DNA of 64,000 bases. Source: Octopus vulgaris. Lineage: Eukaryota. Below the pieces are notes generated by a model. The model worked only from the letters and a program-made list of their open reading frames with translations. It searched no databases and had not been told where the DNA came from. The stretch is taken from the NCBI GenBank assembly GCA_951406725.2, contig OX597816.1, forward strand, positions 42,904,001 to 42,968,000, written 5' to 3'. Positions 29,604-45,391 of this stretch are shown here, piece after piece. Position numbers and translations under genes: made by a program. The stretch's first letter is position 1; every line of letters begins with the position of its first letter.

Positions 29604-29648
29604 TTACTTTACCGGTTTCAATCTTTGGAAAAAGATTGTCAAAAGTAA
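29604..29648 (-). ncRNA. Hammerhead-like motif with U3-A8 core, in a short solo element (~29565-29702) between TA tracts
   Basis: Minus strand TTACTT-TTGACAA-TCTTT ttcc AAAGA-TT-GAA-ACCGGT-A-AAGTAA: perfect 6-bp stem I, hairpin stem II, palindromic stem III. Confidence 0.62.
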
Positions 29649-30393
29649 CATGTGGAAGTTTGGTTGCGTTAATTATTGGTTGTTGCAAATTGCTACATTA
29701 CGTATATATATACATACAGTCTTTGGTAACAGGGACATGTTAAGGACATAAAAAAGTTCAACAAGTTCCTTAAAATATTGAGCAAAAAAGATTACATAAA
29801 TAATCGTTCTCAAGGACATACTTAAGATAGTTTCCAGAAGGAATTGATATTGGTACTGTATCTCTATATTCAAAGATGCACAGAATATTGGTTGACACAG
29901 AGTACTATAATCCATATAAATATACAGTCTTTGGTGACAACAGTATGTTGAGAATATAAAGAGGTTTAACAAGCTCATTGAAAAAATAGGCAGAAAAGAT
30001 TAAAACAAATATATTATACATCTCAGGGTAATTTCCAGGAGGAATTATTAAAAAAAGTTCAGTACAGAATATTATGAATTCGAAAAGATTTACATTCATG
30101 TAGTGGTGAGGTTGTTACTAACCTGTCCGTTTTAGCAGAAATGTGGAATTGAAAAGGATGTACCCGTTTTTTTCTTTTTTTTGGCTTTCCTTCAAGCATC
30201 AATGATTTTGGGGTTAGGATGAGGTGAATATGTGTGTCTCTGCGTGTATGTGTGTGTGCATACATATACATGTGGTGTGAATAGATGTGTCTGTGTGTCT
30301 GTAGTATTTGGTCAGATGGTGTCTGTTTGTCAACCGCGATATTCTTCTTTCGTATATAATTCCACTCGTGCGATACCCCACAACTCAACTTTG

Positions 30394-30440
<47 letters not shown>

Positions 30441-32911
30441 CGACAGAGGCAAGATTAAAACCGAGAGAAAGTATTTATCTCAACTTAAATGTGGATATTC
30501 TGTAAGCAACCATAGGAGAAACTTTCATACGTTAATTATATTTCATGATAGTATGGATAAATTGCTATCTCATGCGCATGACAATTCTGATATCGTTTAT
30601 GGTTTATATTTACCCTTTTCTATATTCTTACATAATATAAGCATGGAATGTAAAACAAAAAAGACTAATTGCATCATGTTAATGATAATTTCGTCAGTAC
30701 TTCAATATACTACTGGCAAAAAAATTCCCCTATTTTCAATATTATACTGATTTCTTCATTTAGTCTCGGAAACAGATCATTAAATGGTGGGCTCTATCGA
30801 TTCAATGAATCTCAGCCCGTAACTAATACATTATTTTATCGATCCCGCCGCTGAGAATACGTACCAAAAATAACATCAACAGGATCTGGGCTCAAAACAA
30901 AATAAGTTCCAAACATTTCTGCAAATACTTTGCCCAAGGCAAATTTTTCACTCACTAATCCGAAGCGACTAACTCTAGCTCCAGAATTGTTTTCTAATAT
31001 AGTTATAAGGCAGAAGAGTAAGGGCAGAAAGTCAGTTAGTCGATTAAATCGATTCTGTTTCTTGACTGGTACTAAAGTCTTGTTATCTCAAAAGTATGGA
31101 TGAGATTCGAAGTCAGGAGCAAAACACACGGTGCAAACACCGCGAGGTATTTTCTGTCTTGCCAGTCACCCGCAATTTATTTAATATTCCAATATACGGA
31201 GATGTTTTACGTTGTTTTATATAGAAAAATTGCTTCACAGAGGCATATTTTCATATTCGATCCCCAACGGCAACTCCTTTCTTTCCTTTCTAGAGCCCGA
31301 AAAATGTTGATGGAGATGAAAGCATGCCTTCATGACGGATAGTGTGCACTACAGTTTTTGGTAACTCTCCTATATTCTGAACATTCTGATTACTTCGAGA
31401 ATGAGAGAGAGAAGAGTGAGACACACAGAAACACAGATAGAGACAGAAAAAAAGAGGGTGAAGGCTTTAGACAGTCAGACTGACAAAGATAGAGACAGAG
31501 AGAGCAAAAGAGAAAAATAATCTTTAGACAAGTAACAGAAAAATATCCTTAGACAAATCTACTGCGAAAGATGACAATTAACTCTTTGGTGGTAACTGAA
31601 ATCAGTGTGTGTTGAGTTTAATTATATACCACAGTAGTGCATTTCATCTGCTGCCTTAACGACTCTGTCGATTCACCGTATAAGTTTCTAAACTCAGGCA
31701 CAGATCTCAAAAACAAACAAAAGATCATCAGACCGTGTGATCAAGAGCAAACTGTATATTACATCATAGTTTTTGAACATACACAGAAGGCCTGGAGCTC
31801 CAAAACATCAACTACAACTTGTAACTTGTGACTATTTAAATCAATTGGGAATTTCAAATATTCGTATTCATATATAAGACTTGAAGAAAAGAAACATGCT
31901 GAAAGTAGGAACCGGTTCAGTCTGTGAATCTTGATTCACACTTTCATTTGGAATATGAAAATTTATAAGCATAATTAGTGTATGCGATAAACTGATAAAA
32001 TTTCAGTACAAATTAGGCTATTACACTTAATTTCAATGTCAAATGGGCTGTTAAACAAATGTAAAATGAAATAAGGCTGTTACATAAGACAGCATAATGA
32101 ATTATATTGCAACATAAAGGCATTTCAAGGGTATCATAAAGTAAATTAATGAGCAATAAACTAGTTAACCAAAATGATTAATCGAAGAGCTTTAAACTAA
32201 ATCAAGTTCATCATATAATACAGAAGTTATTTCTTCACTATTTCTTTGTTTTTAATTTTCATTTAGTTCTTCACACTTGGCAGACTCTATAGAATTTAGT
32301 GCAAAATTTATTGCCGTGTTATTCGCTTGCCTATTATTTTGAGTTTCTGAGATCAAATAATTCAACTGAGCAATTTTTACTTTCATTCTTCCCAACTAGT
32401 CAGGTTCTGAGATTTCCTTAAATGATTAAACCCCTCTCTTAAAACATGTGGCCGTGTCTTTGTGTTAGGAACTATGATTAATGTTAGAATATGATTGTGG
32501 GACAATGCCTCAATGGAAATAAGTATGGATTTTACCTGTATGGCATGCTCCTAATGCTCTAACAATCAGGGGGCCCTCTCAGTGTAAGTTATCTCTTCAC
32601 CCCCACATACTTTCTAAAACAAAATGCTGTACAATCTTCTCTTCTTTTACAAATTAACCCGTTTCCTTTAAAGGTTTCACAAGGCGGCGTTTATTTGATC
32701 AATATATTTTAAACCATATTTTTCCCAACTTCTCTGTGTATTCACCATGATCATTCATCTTCCAGTTTACTGACTCGCAGAATTTCATTCTATGTACTGG
32801 AACAGGTTTTTTTCTAAATACCTTTTTTTAACATGTCTTTCATTATTACATTTGCATGACCGGACTTCCCTTTTGTAGCTCTCTCGTTTTTAATAATCGG
32901 ATCATTTATGC

Positions 32912-32954
<43 letters not shown>

Positions 32955-33270
32955 CAATAGTAATAAAGTGTAAAATTAATTAATAATTTTACCAAGTAGT
33001 TTGGTATGTTAAAATAACCTTTATCGGTAACCTTATACAAAACTTCTATAATTATAAGCATAATTAAAATTAGGGTTATTGCTTCACCACATGCCGAAAT
33101 TTAGAAATAGCGGTTAAATACTATTCCTCTGCCATAAGATATCTCCCAGACAGCAATACTCTTATTTTACGAATCTACACGACTTCGATTAACCACATTT
33201 TTTTCTCTTTACTTATGGGGGTCGAACAATAGTTAATTTTATTATTAAGTATTGTGTGATCATTAGTTTC

Positions 33271-33435
33271 GTTATCCAGCAGTTCTTCAGTGACTCGAAG
33301 TCTTCTGTAGAATTCCTGGATATCATTTTGTGTATCATTTAAGTTCGATCTTTGTGGTTCTGGTGTGAATTCCAGTCCTTTCGCAAGAATTTTGAGTTAT
33401 TGTATTGAAAAGGTTTTATGTGAGAGATTTATAAC
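33271..33435 (-). pseudogene. Decayed PLE N-terminal domain
   Basis: Manual translation VINLSHKTFSIQ*LKILAKGLEFTPEPQRSNLNDTQNDIQEFYRRLRVTEE resembles the PLE N-terminal VxNLS..LxKGLxFxP..D..FxRRLR motif. Confidence 0.7.
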
Positions 33436-34464
33436 CTTCGGGATCTCACATTTGGTTGCTGCCATCAAGTGTCCCAATTCTGGCCCAGTTTGCCCCAAAA
33501 ATTGTTTCTTGCATTTTGATAGAAGGAATTAGTGGTCTGGTTGTTTGTTCTTCCGTTGACCCTTGGTCTATCGTGGGTTCTCCGTTGTGGTCGTTTCTGA
33601 GTGGGTTGTCGTAATGGTTATATCTTGTGGTTTGGACGAAGTGGACGTTGTAAAATATATGTCTCCGGCGGGAGAAGACTCAATCCCTCCACAAAAAAAA
33701 CAACTAGATAAAAGATATATAATTTTTCAGAAATTTAGTAACACTCTTCCACGCAGGTTTCGAAACCGCAACTCCAAATCACCATACACTAACACCACAC
33801 AAGCACCAGTTGGTGACGTCACCTAACTCTAGATCAATGAAATTTTACAAGTACCAGTTGGAGACGTCTCCAAAGACAAAACCAATGAAATTTTACCTAG
33901 GATCAAAACCGAGCTTCAGCAAATACGACAAAATTACCTTTTAAGAGAATCAACCAAATGGAAGGGCAATGACCGTTCCCCAACAGGGAAACCAACCAGG
34001 AAGAACGACAAACTCAACCACCAGAAAAGCAACACGTCACCAGTACTGTAACGAATCAAATATAAATATTTCCGATCCGTTCACAGAAATATTTATAAAC
34101 ACACCGGATTCCAAAAAACGCCGTTAGAAGCGAAAGTCCCTGTACAGGATGGAAAGAGAATTAAAGAAACTGTAAACAAAACCTTTTTCTACTATCTTTA
34201 TTTCTCCCTTGTTTTTCTCCCTCTTAGCTCAAGATGACTAAAACTTTGATGATCCACATTTCTAATCGATTACTACAAATTGTTTTGAATTTTGTGCATT
34301 TAAACAAGATGATCCACATTTTTACATTATTGACTGTTATGAACATATAAACTTGAGAACATTCCAACTTTCATAATTTAAATTTTTTACCATTGATAAA
34401 CGAAAATTATTGTTGTAACTAGTTTGTTATATATGTAAATAAAATGATTTAAAAATAATTAGAT

Positions 34465-35051
<587 letters not shown>

Positions 35052-35736
35052 TTTATTTATATTTATATATATATACATACATACATATATTGTTTTCAAA
35101 TTTCAGCATAATGGTGGAATTTTGGAGACAGGAGTAAGTTCATTACATCGATCCTAGTCCTCAAATGGCACATATCCTATAGACTCCGATAAGATTAAAG
35201 ATAAAGTTAATCTCGGATTTTGAACGTTGTTATGTTTTACTGACCAGCGTAAACTCGCATTTTTATTTTACTTTTTTATACTCATATATATATTGAGAGA
35301 AACATCTATGTGTATACAAAATTCTTCTACATATATGAATATGAATACCGACATGGATATCACAGTGGCTTATATTTTTATTCCTATGTATATGTGTGGT
35401 TTTATGCCTGTATTTTACGTATAGTAAATGACTTCGTATGTCGAACATGAATGACGGAAGAGCGTCGTGGAAAGAGAGAAACTGGAAGATGCAAAAAAAA
35501 AATTCCTAAATAATGAAACAGATACTGCAATTTTTAAAGAAAAATTCCACTAATATCAGTGAACCTGTGAACCTCAAAAGCATCTTAAAGATTCTACATC
35601 GTCATTTGTTTATCATGTGCTTCTACTTTAGTTCCAGTATATGCTTTTTGTCTGTATATATACGTACTGTATGTTTTCGTATATATAGTCATATACATAT
35701 ACTTCTAATGATCTATATATGTTATACCATTATAAT

Positions 35737-35782
<46 letters not shown>

Positions 35783-35839
35783 TCTATATGTATACATACA
35801 TATATCTATATATATATATATACATATGCATATATATGA

Positions 35840-35898
<59 letters not shown>

Positions 35899-36338
35899 TT
35901 ATTCATATATGTGTGCGTTTTCAGGAGTGATTGCGTCTGTCTATTCCTATGTAGACTGTTGGTGAGTATCATATATGGATGGATATGTTTAATGCGAATA
36001 TGATTGTGATATTTATGTATTAATAAATAATACACTCAAATCTATAGCTCTACTGACAGAATATATCTATAGATCGGAAGTAAAGGTCAATTCACATAGA
36101 TGCTTCATGGCAGCCATCTTAACTGAATGTGAATAAAACAGATTGAATAGGTTTTGTAAACGAGAAAGAATGGAAAGAAAAAAATGTATATGTATTATCG
36201 GAAAGAAATGAATACACATAATAATAAATCATATAGAAATACACAAAAATACACACTCACCCACATACTCACATTCGCACATACGAACTCACAAATATAC
36301 ATATGTGTAAGTATATATGTACACATATGCATATTGGA

Positions 36339-36456
<118 letters not shown>

Positions 36457-36521
36457 TTATATATATATATGTGTGTGTACATTTCAATATACGTATTTGC
36501 ACATACATATATATATTTATA

Positions 36522-36567
<46 letters not shown>

Positions 36568-38082
36568 TATATATGTATGTGCAAATACGTATATTGAAAT
36601 GTTATATATATTTATATATATGTATATATATATATATTTATATATATACATATATATAAATATATATATGTATGTGCAAATACGTATATTGAAATGTACA
36701 CACACATACATGCACACGTAGGTACAGACACGCACACACAGATATATACATATATTTATATGTGTGTGTTTAAATCTGTGTTTACATATATATGAATATG
36801 TATACATATGTGTGTGTATGTGTGTATGCATAAACATACACACACATATATATACGTTTAATGTAATTACGTGAGCTTATGCGTTGGTGTGTGAAATATT
36901 AATATACATAAAACATAACATCCGGATGTAGAAACAATGAGCGTATATATGCATTTCATTAAATTGGTGATTGTTATGACCGATACATAGATTTAGATGC
37001 TTGCACGTATATGTTTTCCCATATAAATACATATATGTATTGGATCTCACTTAGGTTCCATGTTTAATGAAAAGATCGTACATTTCGATGTTTAAATCAA
37101 ATCACTTTTAGCATGTAAATACCTGAGTATTCCGCGGATATGTGTAATATTAACTTTATTTTCAGGTGTATTCTTTAGGTTGGGTTATTTATAAAAATTC
37201 GGAGCGTGCAAATATATGTTAAATCTTTCAGCTGAGATTGGAAAAGTTTGTGTATACCCTATCTGAATCATTTGAAAACTAGTGCCAGTGACATCACATT
37301 ACGATGTCACGGGATTTAACGAGCTAGAGTCGAAGCTATATTCAGACATCGTGAATCTAGCACTTCGAGGATGTGACAGATGTTTGAGTGAAATATTTGC
37401 AACAGCTCACGGGTTGTTTCTTACTAACTCAATAGACTGAAAAAACATAAAATAAAATGCCATCTTCAAAGATACAATTTGCCACCTGGTTTACGGAACG
37501 AATGATCAAACTTGTGATCATGAATCGAACATTCTAAGGATTAGAGCATGCACATTCAGGGCCACACACATATACACAAACATATTCGTACGCACATTTT
37601 CACGAGTGCACACGTACGCACAGAGAGAAAAAGCGACGCCGTTTGACGTAGACATACATATATAAAGTAAAAATGTGTGAGGGAGATTTCCAAAAGTACT
37701 AAACAACATCACTACGTGTCTGTTGATATCTGAATATGAAATTTCCAGAGCATGTAAACATATAGAGAAGTTCCTGTATGCGAACTGGAAAACACCACCC
37801 TCTCCGGAGTGAACAGCAAATCTCCTAAAGATACGGGACACAACTGTAATTTACCTTTTTCTGTTTTCTTTTCATTTTCGGTGTTTTCAATCTTCCACCA
37901 TCAACATGTAACTTCTCCCCCTTTTTTTTAGTTTGCTCTTATCCAATTGTCCTATTTAGTCTTATGTTACGTGGGGAAATGCCCGAGGATTGCATAAAGG
38001 TACAGGATGTGTTGTAAAATACTGTTAGAGATGTATTCGTCACATGATACTATTAGTAGCTCAGATATATATATATATATAA

Positions 38083-38723
38083 ACAAGTGCCTGTCCAACA
38101 GTGATTGCATCATCCATACTCTCAACAATGCGCCCTTAAATATGGTTTCTGATTACAAATATCTTCGGTCATACATATCATCATCTGGAAAAGATTTTCT
38201 AACTAGAAAGGGTATGGCCTGGTCAGCCTGTAATGACATGCATAAGATCAGGTCATCAAATCTAAGTAGAGACTTCAAACTTGAAATCTTCAAAGCCACA
38301 GTCGAACCAATTCTACTATATGGCTCAGAAACCTGGACGTTATCAAAGAAGCTTGAGAGGCGGTTGGATGGAACCTACACTCGCCTCCTTATGAGAGCTC
38401 AAAATCTCTCGTAGAAGCGTCATCCAACCAAAATGCAAATATATGGGAAACTACCACCTGTGTCATCTCTTGTGAAAGGTAGGCGAGTCCAGTTTGCTGG
38501 ACATTGTTGTAGAGCTGAAAACGAGGCAATTTCTACTCTTCTCCTCTGGAAGCCATCTACTCGCAATACCAGAGGGCGCACACTCTCCTACCCTGATGTA
38601 ATCTCCAGGGATTCAGGCATCCAGCAACAGGACCTCCGTAATGCTATGATGGACCGTGAAGTCTGGCGTAGCATAGTAAATTCCATTGTCTCGACTACGG
38701 TCGAACAATGATGATCATGATGA
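38083..38723 (+). mobile_element. RTE-clade LINE, 5'-truncated 3' end
   Basis: YKYL.SYI..AW..VEPILLYGSETWTL..RRVQFAGHC..WRSIV; one in-frame stop; (ATG)n-like tail; left end abuts (TA)n. Confidence 0.85.
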
Positions 38724-40099
38724 GCTCAGAAAATGATATACTGTGTTTATTAAATAATATAGAAAGATGTGTGTGTTTATGTGTGCGTATGTGTGTGGGT
38801 ATGTGTGTGTTCACGCGCTTGTATGCATGCGTGTGTAAGCTCATATGGGTGGACCAGAGGAGTACGCCTATGTGCAATCAAATCCGAGTGCTTATATCTG
38901 TATAATTATATATATTTTTGGGTATTCGTTGAAATGTAAGACCTTATATATGTGAGCGCCCTGCATATAATAGCATATGTATGTATGTATGTAGGTTGTA
39001 AATTAATTCATCATGAAAGCCACAATTGGTTAGAGCAATTAATCCCTGAAATGGCGTTCTACATCTTGAAAACAGGTTTACGAGATGGATGGCGATGATA
39101 CGGTGTCTTTTACGACATGGAAAAAAAAGAACAACAGGAAAAGCTATAATAACAACAATACTAACAACAACAACAACAACAGCAAGGGCACCACTAACAT
39201 CAGCACCGACATAAACGACTATTCCATACAGGTAGACGCTGTGAAATAGATGGATTTTGAGCACGATTGTGGAACATAAAGCAATGTAGTCAAGACTATC
39301 GCGGTATCACTTGTATGAGATACGAAGTAATATATTTTGTCATTTGTATACAATTATTAACACAAGATTTATTGAGAAATAAAATTGTTCTGTTCATGTT
39401 CTCTTTTTAGGAATGTTAAACGGCAGGGTTTTAAAATTCCATCAGTATTGTATTTTTTTATATATATATATCTATGGGATGGGGGATGCAATTTCCGGCG
39501 CTGCAGGAAAGCTGTTCAGAATAACTATTAATAATGAGTCATGGGCGATGCAAGAGTCATGATAATGATAGTGTGTGTACTAAAAATGGAGGGCCAGGTG
39601 ACTGCAGAAAAATAATGAGATCGACGATTAAGAATATGATAAAATGAAATAGAAACATTCGATGGTGAAAGTAAGAGGGAGATATAGAGAAATAAATTGA
39701 GACTAATATATCAGACGTTATTAATTCCATTTTAAAACTGTGTAATTTTTCTGAAATGTATAGGCTGGGAGATAGGAAAATAGAGAGACAAGGGAATTAG
39801 AATTGCAAGAGAGATAGCGATTTTTTGGAAAGTATATATATTTAGGCATACACACGCGCATACAGATGACTATGCGTGTCCCTGATCTGTGTTTAGCAAT
39901 AGTATGATATATAAGGTTAAATGGAGAGAAAAATTAGACGTAATAAGTGAGTAGGGGGAAAGAAAATTCAATATATAGATGAATTGATGAGCCTATAAAT
40001 ATACACCATTTCCTTCATGCATAAATAGTGAGGAAATTGGGAAATTTATTAAAATCAAGTGCTATTTATTAATCTGACCACGTCTTCCATCATAATTTT

Positions 40100-40155
<56 letters not shown>

Positions 40156-40467
40156 AAATATCATATCATACACACATTTCTGAGTGTCGGCTCATACAAA
40201 TGTACAGAGATACATACATATAAAACAGTACGTACATATGTATAGGAATACACTTATGCATAAAAATACTCAAATACATATATTCATATATGTATAGATA
40301 TACTCACATGTATATGTGTATACATAAATTTGCTCATATATACGTATGTATATAAATATACGTTAAAATACATGCCTATATATATGTATGTGTGCGTATA
40401 TATATATATATATCTCTCTCTATATATATATATATATACATACATATATACATATGTATATATATGA

Positions 40468-40509
<42 letters not shown>

Positions 40510-40584
40510 ATGTATATATACATGCATACATATGTAGATATATGTTTGTATATATGATCAGATATAGACATATATACTTATAGA

Positions 40585-40622
<38 letters not shown>

Positions 40623-41497
40623 TACATACATAATAAACACACATATATATGTGTGTATAAGTATATGTATATATATTTCTACGTACACACAAAGGTACAT
40701 ATGCAGGTGCATATATGTATAGATATGTGCATGGATGTGTGTGTATAAACTTGCATTGTTGAGTGTGTATTAATGTGTCGGCCTTCCTTCCTTACTGTTT
40801 TGGCGTTTAAATTTAATTTAGGTTTTCTTAAATTTCATTAATTTTGCCAGCCACTAAAGAAAGGAAGTGCAGCAGTGAATCAATCTGTAATACAGAAGGG
40901 GTCTCGTAAATACAATTCATTGTCTTCGTAATTAAATTCTGGTGGAAGGCATCAGATTTTGATAGGTTCAGACGAAGCTTTAACAAACCAATTTACAGCA
41001 GGTGATTGATAAGTTATTCAGGGAATAATTAGTTAAGTTTATAGTAGAGAAGTTTCGTGTCAGGCAAGAGTAAAAAAAAAAAATGGTACAGTACGGTGGA
41101 GAAAGAAAGGGGTGGGGATATCGATAACACGAAAAGAAATGTTGCATGAACCTATAATTTTCAGGAAATTAGAAAAAGCAGACAACCAATTTGCAAAGAT
41201 AATTATAGTTTCTGATATTTTCTCGATGGAATTACCAATTTTCTTTAACCGGTTCTCACAATTCATCCTTTCTTGTTTCATAGCATTACATCATATATGG
41301 GCGGACTAGAAACATGAACGTGTCTTAGATTCGTAAAATTTACTGACATACAAGGATAATTTCCCTTTTATTTTCAATTACGTTTTTGTTTCTCTTTTCT
41401 TTTTAGCTTTTGTTTTTATTTCTTCTTTCATTTTCCGTTCGAATTTTTCTTTTGTGTTGCTTCGATTTTCACTTGTTGTGCTAGAGTTTCATATATA

Positions 41498-41559
<62 letters not shown>

Positions 41560-41577
41560 TATTTATATATATGTATG

Positions 41578-41634
<57 letters not shown>

Positions 41635-42362
41635 GTATACATATATATATATATATATATATATGCAGACACGCAGACACACACATACATATATGTGTGT
41701 GTATATATAATGCATATATATACATAAATAAATACGTGGATTAGACATACGAACAAATAACTATGAATATAAACATATATGCATGTTTCTCTCTTTCCCC
41801 CTCTCCCACTCCCACTTTCTCTCTTCCTCTTCCCTTTAATATACATATGGGTGTGTTTGTGCGAATATCTCTATGTGCGTATTTGATTTTTCTTTTTATA
41901 AATATCTGTACGTTTCGTCTTCGACTTTCCATAACGTATTGCAGCAATGGAACAATTTCTAATTAGTATGGAAGAGTGTGGTGAGGAATTTCCAGCACAT
42001 AAATTGTAATTTTGTCTCTGTATGAAGATATTTAAAGACAATCCTTTATATATCATAGTTTTCATTGTAGTTTGGATTGCATTTTTTTTTGCCTGTTATC
42101 AGATTTGTAAAATTTGTAAAAAGTATTCATATATGCATATATTTTAAGCATATATACGTCTGGATGTAGGTGTGTGTGTGTATGTGTTGTGTGAAGTTGT
42201 AATTATTACATATGAGTGCCTCATTTCCTCACTCTCTTTCTATACATACATAAGTATGTACATACATAAGTAGATAGATAGATTGATACATAAGTATATA
42301 CATACATACATACGTACATGCATAAATACATACATACATACATACATATATACATACATACA

Positions 42363-42393
<31 letters not shown>

Positions 42394-42464
42394 TTTTATA
42401 TATACATACATGTAAAAAAAAACAAAGAAATATTTTCTTTTCTTTCGGATTTTCTTCACAAATG

Positions 42465-42915
42465 TTTCATTCCCGATGGAACAGCTAATTTGTCAGGTCA
42501 GTTACGAAAGGCTTTCAAATGCTAACGTACGGGGAAAATTGGCCAAAAGGGATCTTGTTTTATCAGGACAATACTCCAGCGCATAGCACCTTCGTTTCAA
42601 TCACTGCTGTGCGTGTCTATGGCATTCAAGTGGTTAATAAGCCTTCGTATTCTCTTGATTTGTCCTCTTTTGACTATCACCTATACCCCAAAATGGAAAC
42701 ATACTTTGTAGAGAACCAGTAACTCAGTACAAAGGGCGTTATATTTTCTCTTGATGACTTTTATGACCAACAGAATGTAAACATCTTAACCAACTGGAAA
42801 ACCAATGGAAAAATTATGTGAACCGTAAAGAGGACTATGCTTTAAAATAAACCACATTTGGTCACATTTCATGACAGCATCCTGGTTAGCCAATGAACGT
42901 CTCAGCCGACCTTCA
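42465..42915 (+). pseudogene. mariner transposase 3' remnant with right TIR
   Basis: ILFYQDNTPAH..PSYSLDLSSFDYHLYPKM corresponds to the degenerate mariner HDNAPAH..PYSPDLAPSD motif. Confidence 0.8.
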
Positions 42916-43311
42916 TGTTTGCTGTTAATACTCGACATTGTAAATGAGATCATCTATTATCATGATAACCTATGCCTTGTTAAGAGAATTTTAATCTAAA
43001 CTTACTTAATGCACAAATGAGAGAGGGAAACAGAGAAGAAGAGGTGGAGAAAGCTAGGAAGGGTTGGAGGAAGAGAAATAGAAGTATGTACGCTTTGCAT
43101 GCAAGTCTCAATAATGTTCACAGCGTGCAACTCCTGAAATCACTTCTAAAGCTCGTATCCACATACACCGTTGCAAATAATGCAAAATAGTCTACAACAC
43201 ATTATTTAGGTACATTTATAAAACAGCAGGGATTGTTCTTGTGATGATTTAATGTATTCATTCGCGCAGCTGTTTTAATAATTCATACGTCATAAATATG
43301 AAACATTTAAT

Positions 43312-43644
43312 TTAACCATTTAGCACTTTAGCTAAACATATCCAGCCAGAATATATTCTATATGTTTCATATTCAAATTAGCCAGATCCTATTTCCCATA
43401 CTTAGTCTACAATATCATTCTAAAAATTAACAATGACGTCACAGAAAATCTTGAATCTACATAATAATGCGTAGGCGCAGGAGTGGCTGTGTGGTAAGTA
43501 GCTTGTTTACCAACCACATGGTCCCGGGTTCAGTCCCACTACGTGGCACCTTGGGCAAGTGTCTTCTACTATAACCTCGGGCCGACCAAAACCTTGTGAG
43601 TGGATTTGGTAGACGGAAACTGAAAGAAGCCCGTCGTATATATG

Positions 43645-43684
<40 letters not shown>

Positions 43685-43982
43685 CATGTTTGTGTGTGTG
43701 TGTTTGTCCCCCTAGCATTGCTTGACAACCGATGCTGGTGTGTGTTATGTCCCCGTCACCTAGCGGTTCGGCAAAAGAGGCCGATAGAATAAGTACTGGG
43801 CTTACAAAGAATAAGTCCCGGGGGTCGAGTCGCCCGACTAAAGGCAGTGCTCCAGCATGGCCGCAGTCAAATGACTGAAACAAGTAAAAGAGTATAAAAG
43901 AGAGAATGCATTATCAATTCAAAACAATGTGAGAAAACAAAGTGTTATATCGGACAGAGTCATCTGAATACACAAGGATTAA
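43312..43982. mobile_element. TTAA-bounded piggyBac-like MITE split by a SINE
   Basis: ttaaccatttagc.. / ..tctgaatacacaaggattaa; homologous to 13310-13511, which ends aaagggttaa. Confidence 0.5.
43471..43900 (+). mobile_element. tRNA-derived CORE-like SINE (OR2-like), full length
   Basis: A box TGGCTGTGTGG, B box GGGTTCAGTCCC, cttgggcaagt core, central (TA)/(TG), tail aagagtataaaagag. Confidence 0.87.
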
Positions 43983-44376
43983 GACATATATATCATGAGA
44001 AAAACTAAATGAAATATGAAAAATTGGTTTTTAAACTCGCTAGATTGAAAAAATGCGAAACTAATAAGAAAAAGGAAAACTGAAAAGAAAACGGGAGATG
44101 ACAAAAAAAAAAAAAGAAATTCAAACGTGATAATATAGTCATTTTATGTCCCTGCTGGAAGTCAGGCTATATCTTGGTTCATTTGAATCATGTTACATAG
44201 TAATATAGTTGTGTCCATAAAATCATAAACGCTTTCTTTCCGCTACTTGTAAACACAAAGGCAAGTTGTGTATGCATGAAACTAGATGTGTACATTAGTG
44301 CCTATGTGTGTATGTATGTACCTATTTATACATATGTACACAAATATACACACATATATTTATATATATACATATA

Positions 44377-44438
<62 letters not shown>

Positions 44439-44472
44439 CATATAATAATAATAATAATAATAATATAAAAAA

Positions 44473-44560
<88 letters not shown>

Positions 44561-44562
44561 TT

Positions 44563-44672
44563 ATAACAAAAGGGTGAGACCTCGATATTAGGTAAATAGA
44601 GGAGTTTATGTATATATATAGTATAGGACAATCAGTAAGTTGTCATAACAGGACTCAGAGTTTCAGATGTCA
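44563..44672 (-). mobile_element. Diverged fragment of the Naiad pLTR (3' half of HHR)
   Basis: gagacctcgatatta.gtaaatagagga and minus-strand catctGAAACTCtGAGTc match 26915-27020. Confidence 0.7.
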
Positions 44673-45391
44673 GAGTTATGATGTATTGTCGTCGGCTATT
44701 TTGACAACAGATGCCATGAAAAAACCGTGGAATAAAAGGGAAGTTACTCCAATAGACACGAAAATTATAAATTATAGATCTTCCAGATTTTTAACCGTCT
44801 TCGTATCTAGCTCGCTTAAAACCATGTTTGTGATTACATTATCGAATGCGTTCTTTCCACTTTTCCTTGTTTAAAATCTTATGCTTTGAATTGAGAAGAA
44901 AAAATTGTCTACCGTCTCTCGTATGTCGTGCAACAGGGTCGTGGCTTCCTCATACATCGAGATATAAACACCAGATTAGCTAATTGCAAGCCCTTTTGTT
45001 ATTGACCTGTACATGACAAGCCGTCGGGAGCGTCCTGTCGTGAGGATTATCATTTTTGACTCCTCTAAAACACCTAGTTGCTAGCATCCGTTCAGCATCA
45101 GTTAAAATATATTAGATTTTCTTTTTTATGATTGCTCAAGAAACACATGCATTGATGGCTTTTATTTTGTAAATAAAAAACTTAATATTCTCTTCCCCTG
45201 CAGACTAATGAAGATGGTCGATTCATGCCATAAATAAATATTTGTCCGTGTCCCATTGTTTTTAGTTGTCTACTAATAAGAAGTTAAACAATTATGAGAG
45301 ATTTTCTCTTTTTTACGATCTATAAGAAATTTCCGTCAGATCCTAACAAAGAACCGAAGCAAAACTGAATAATATAACCCACTGAATAATA

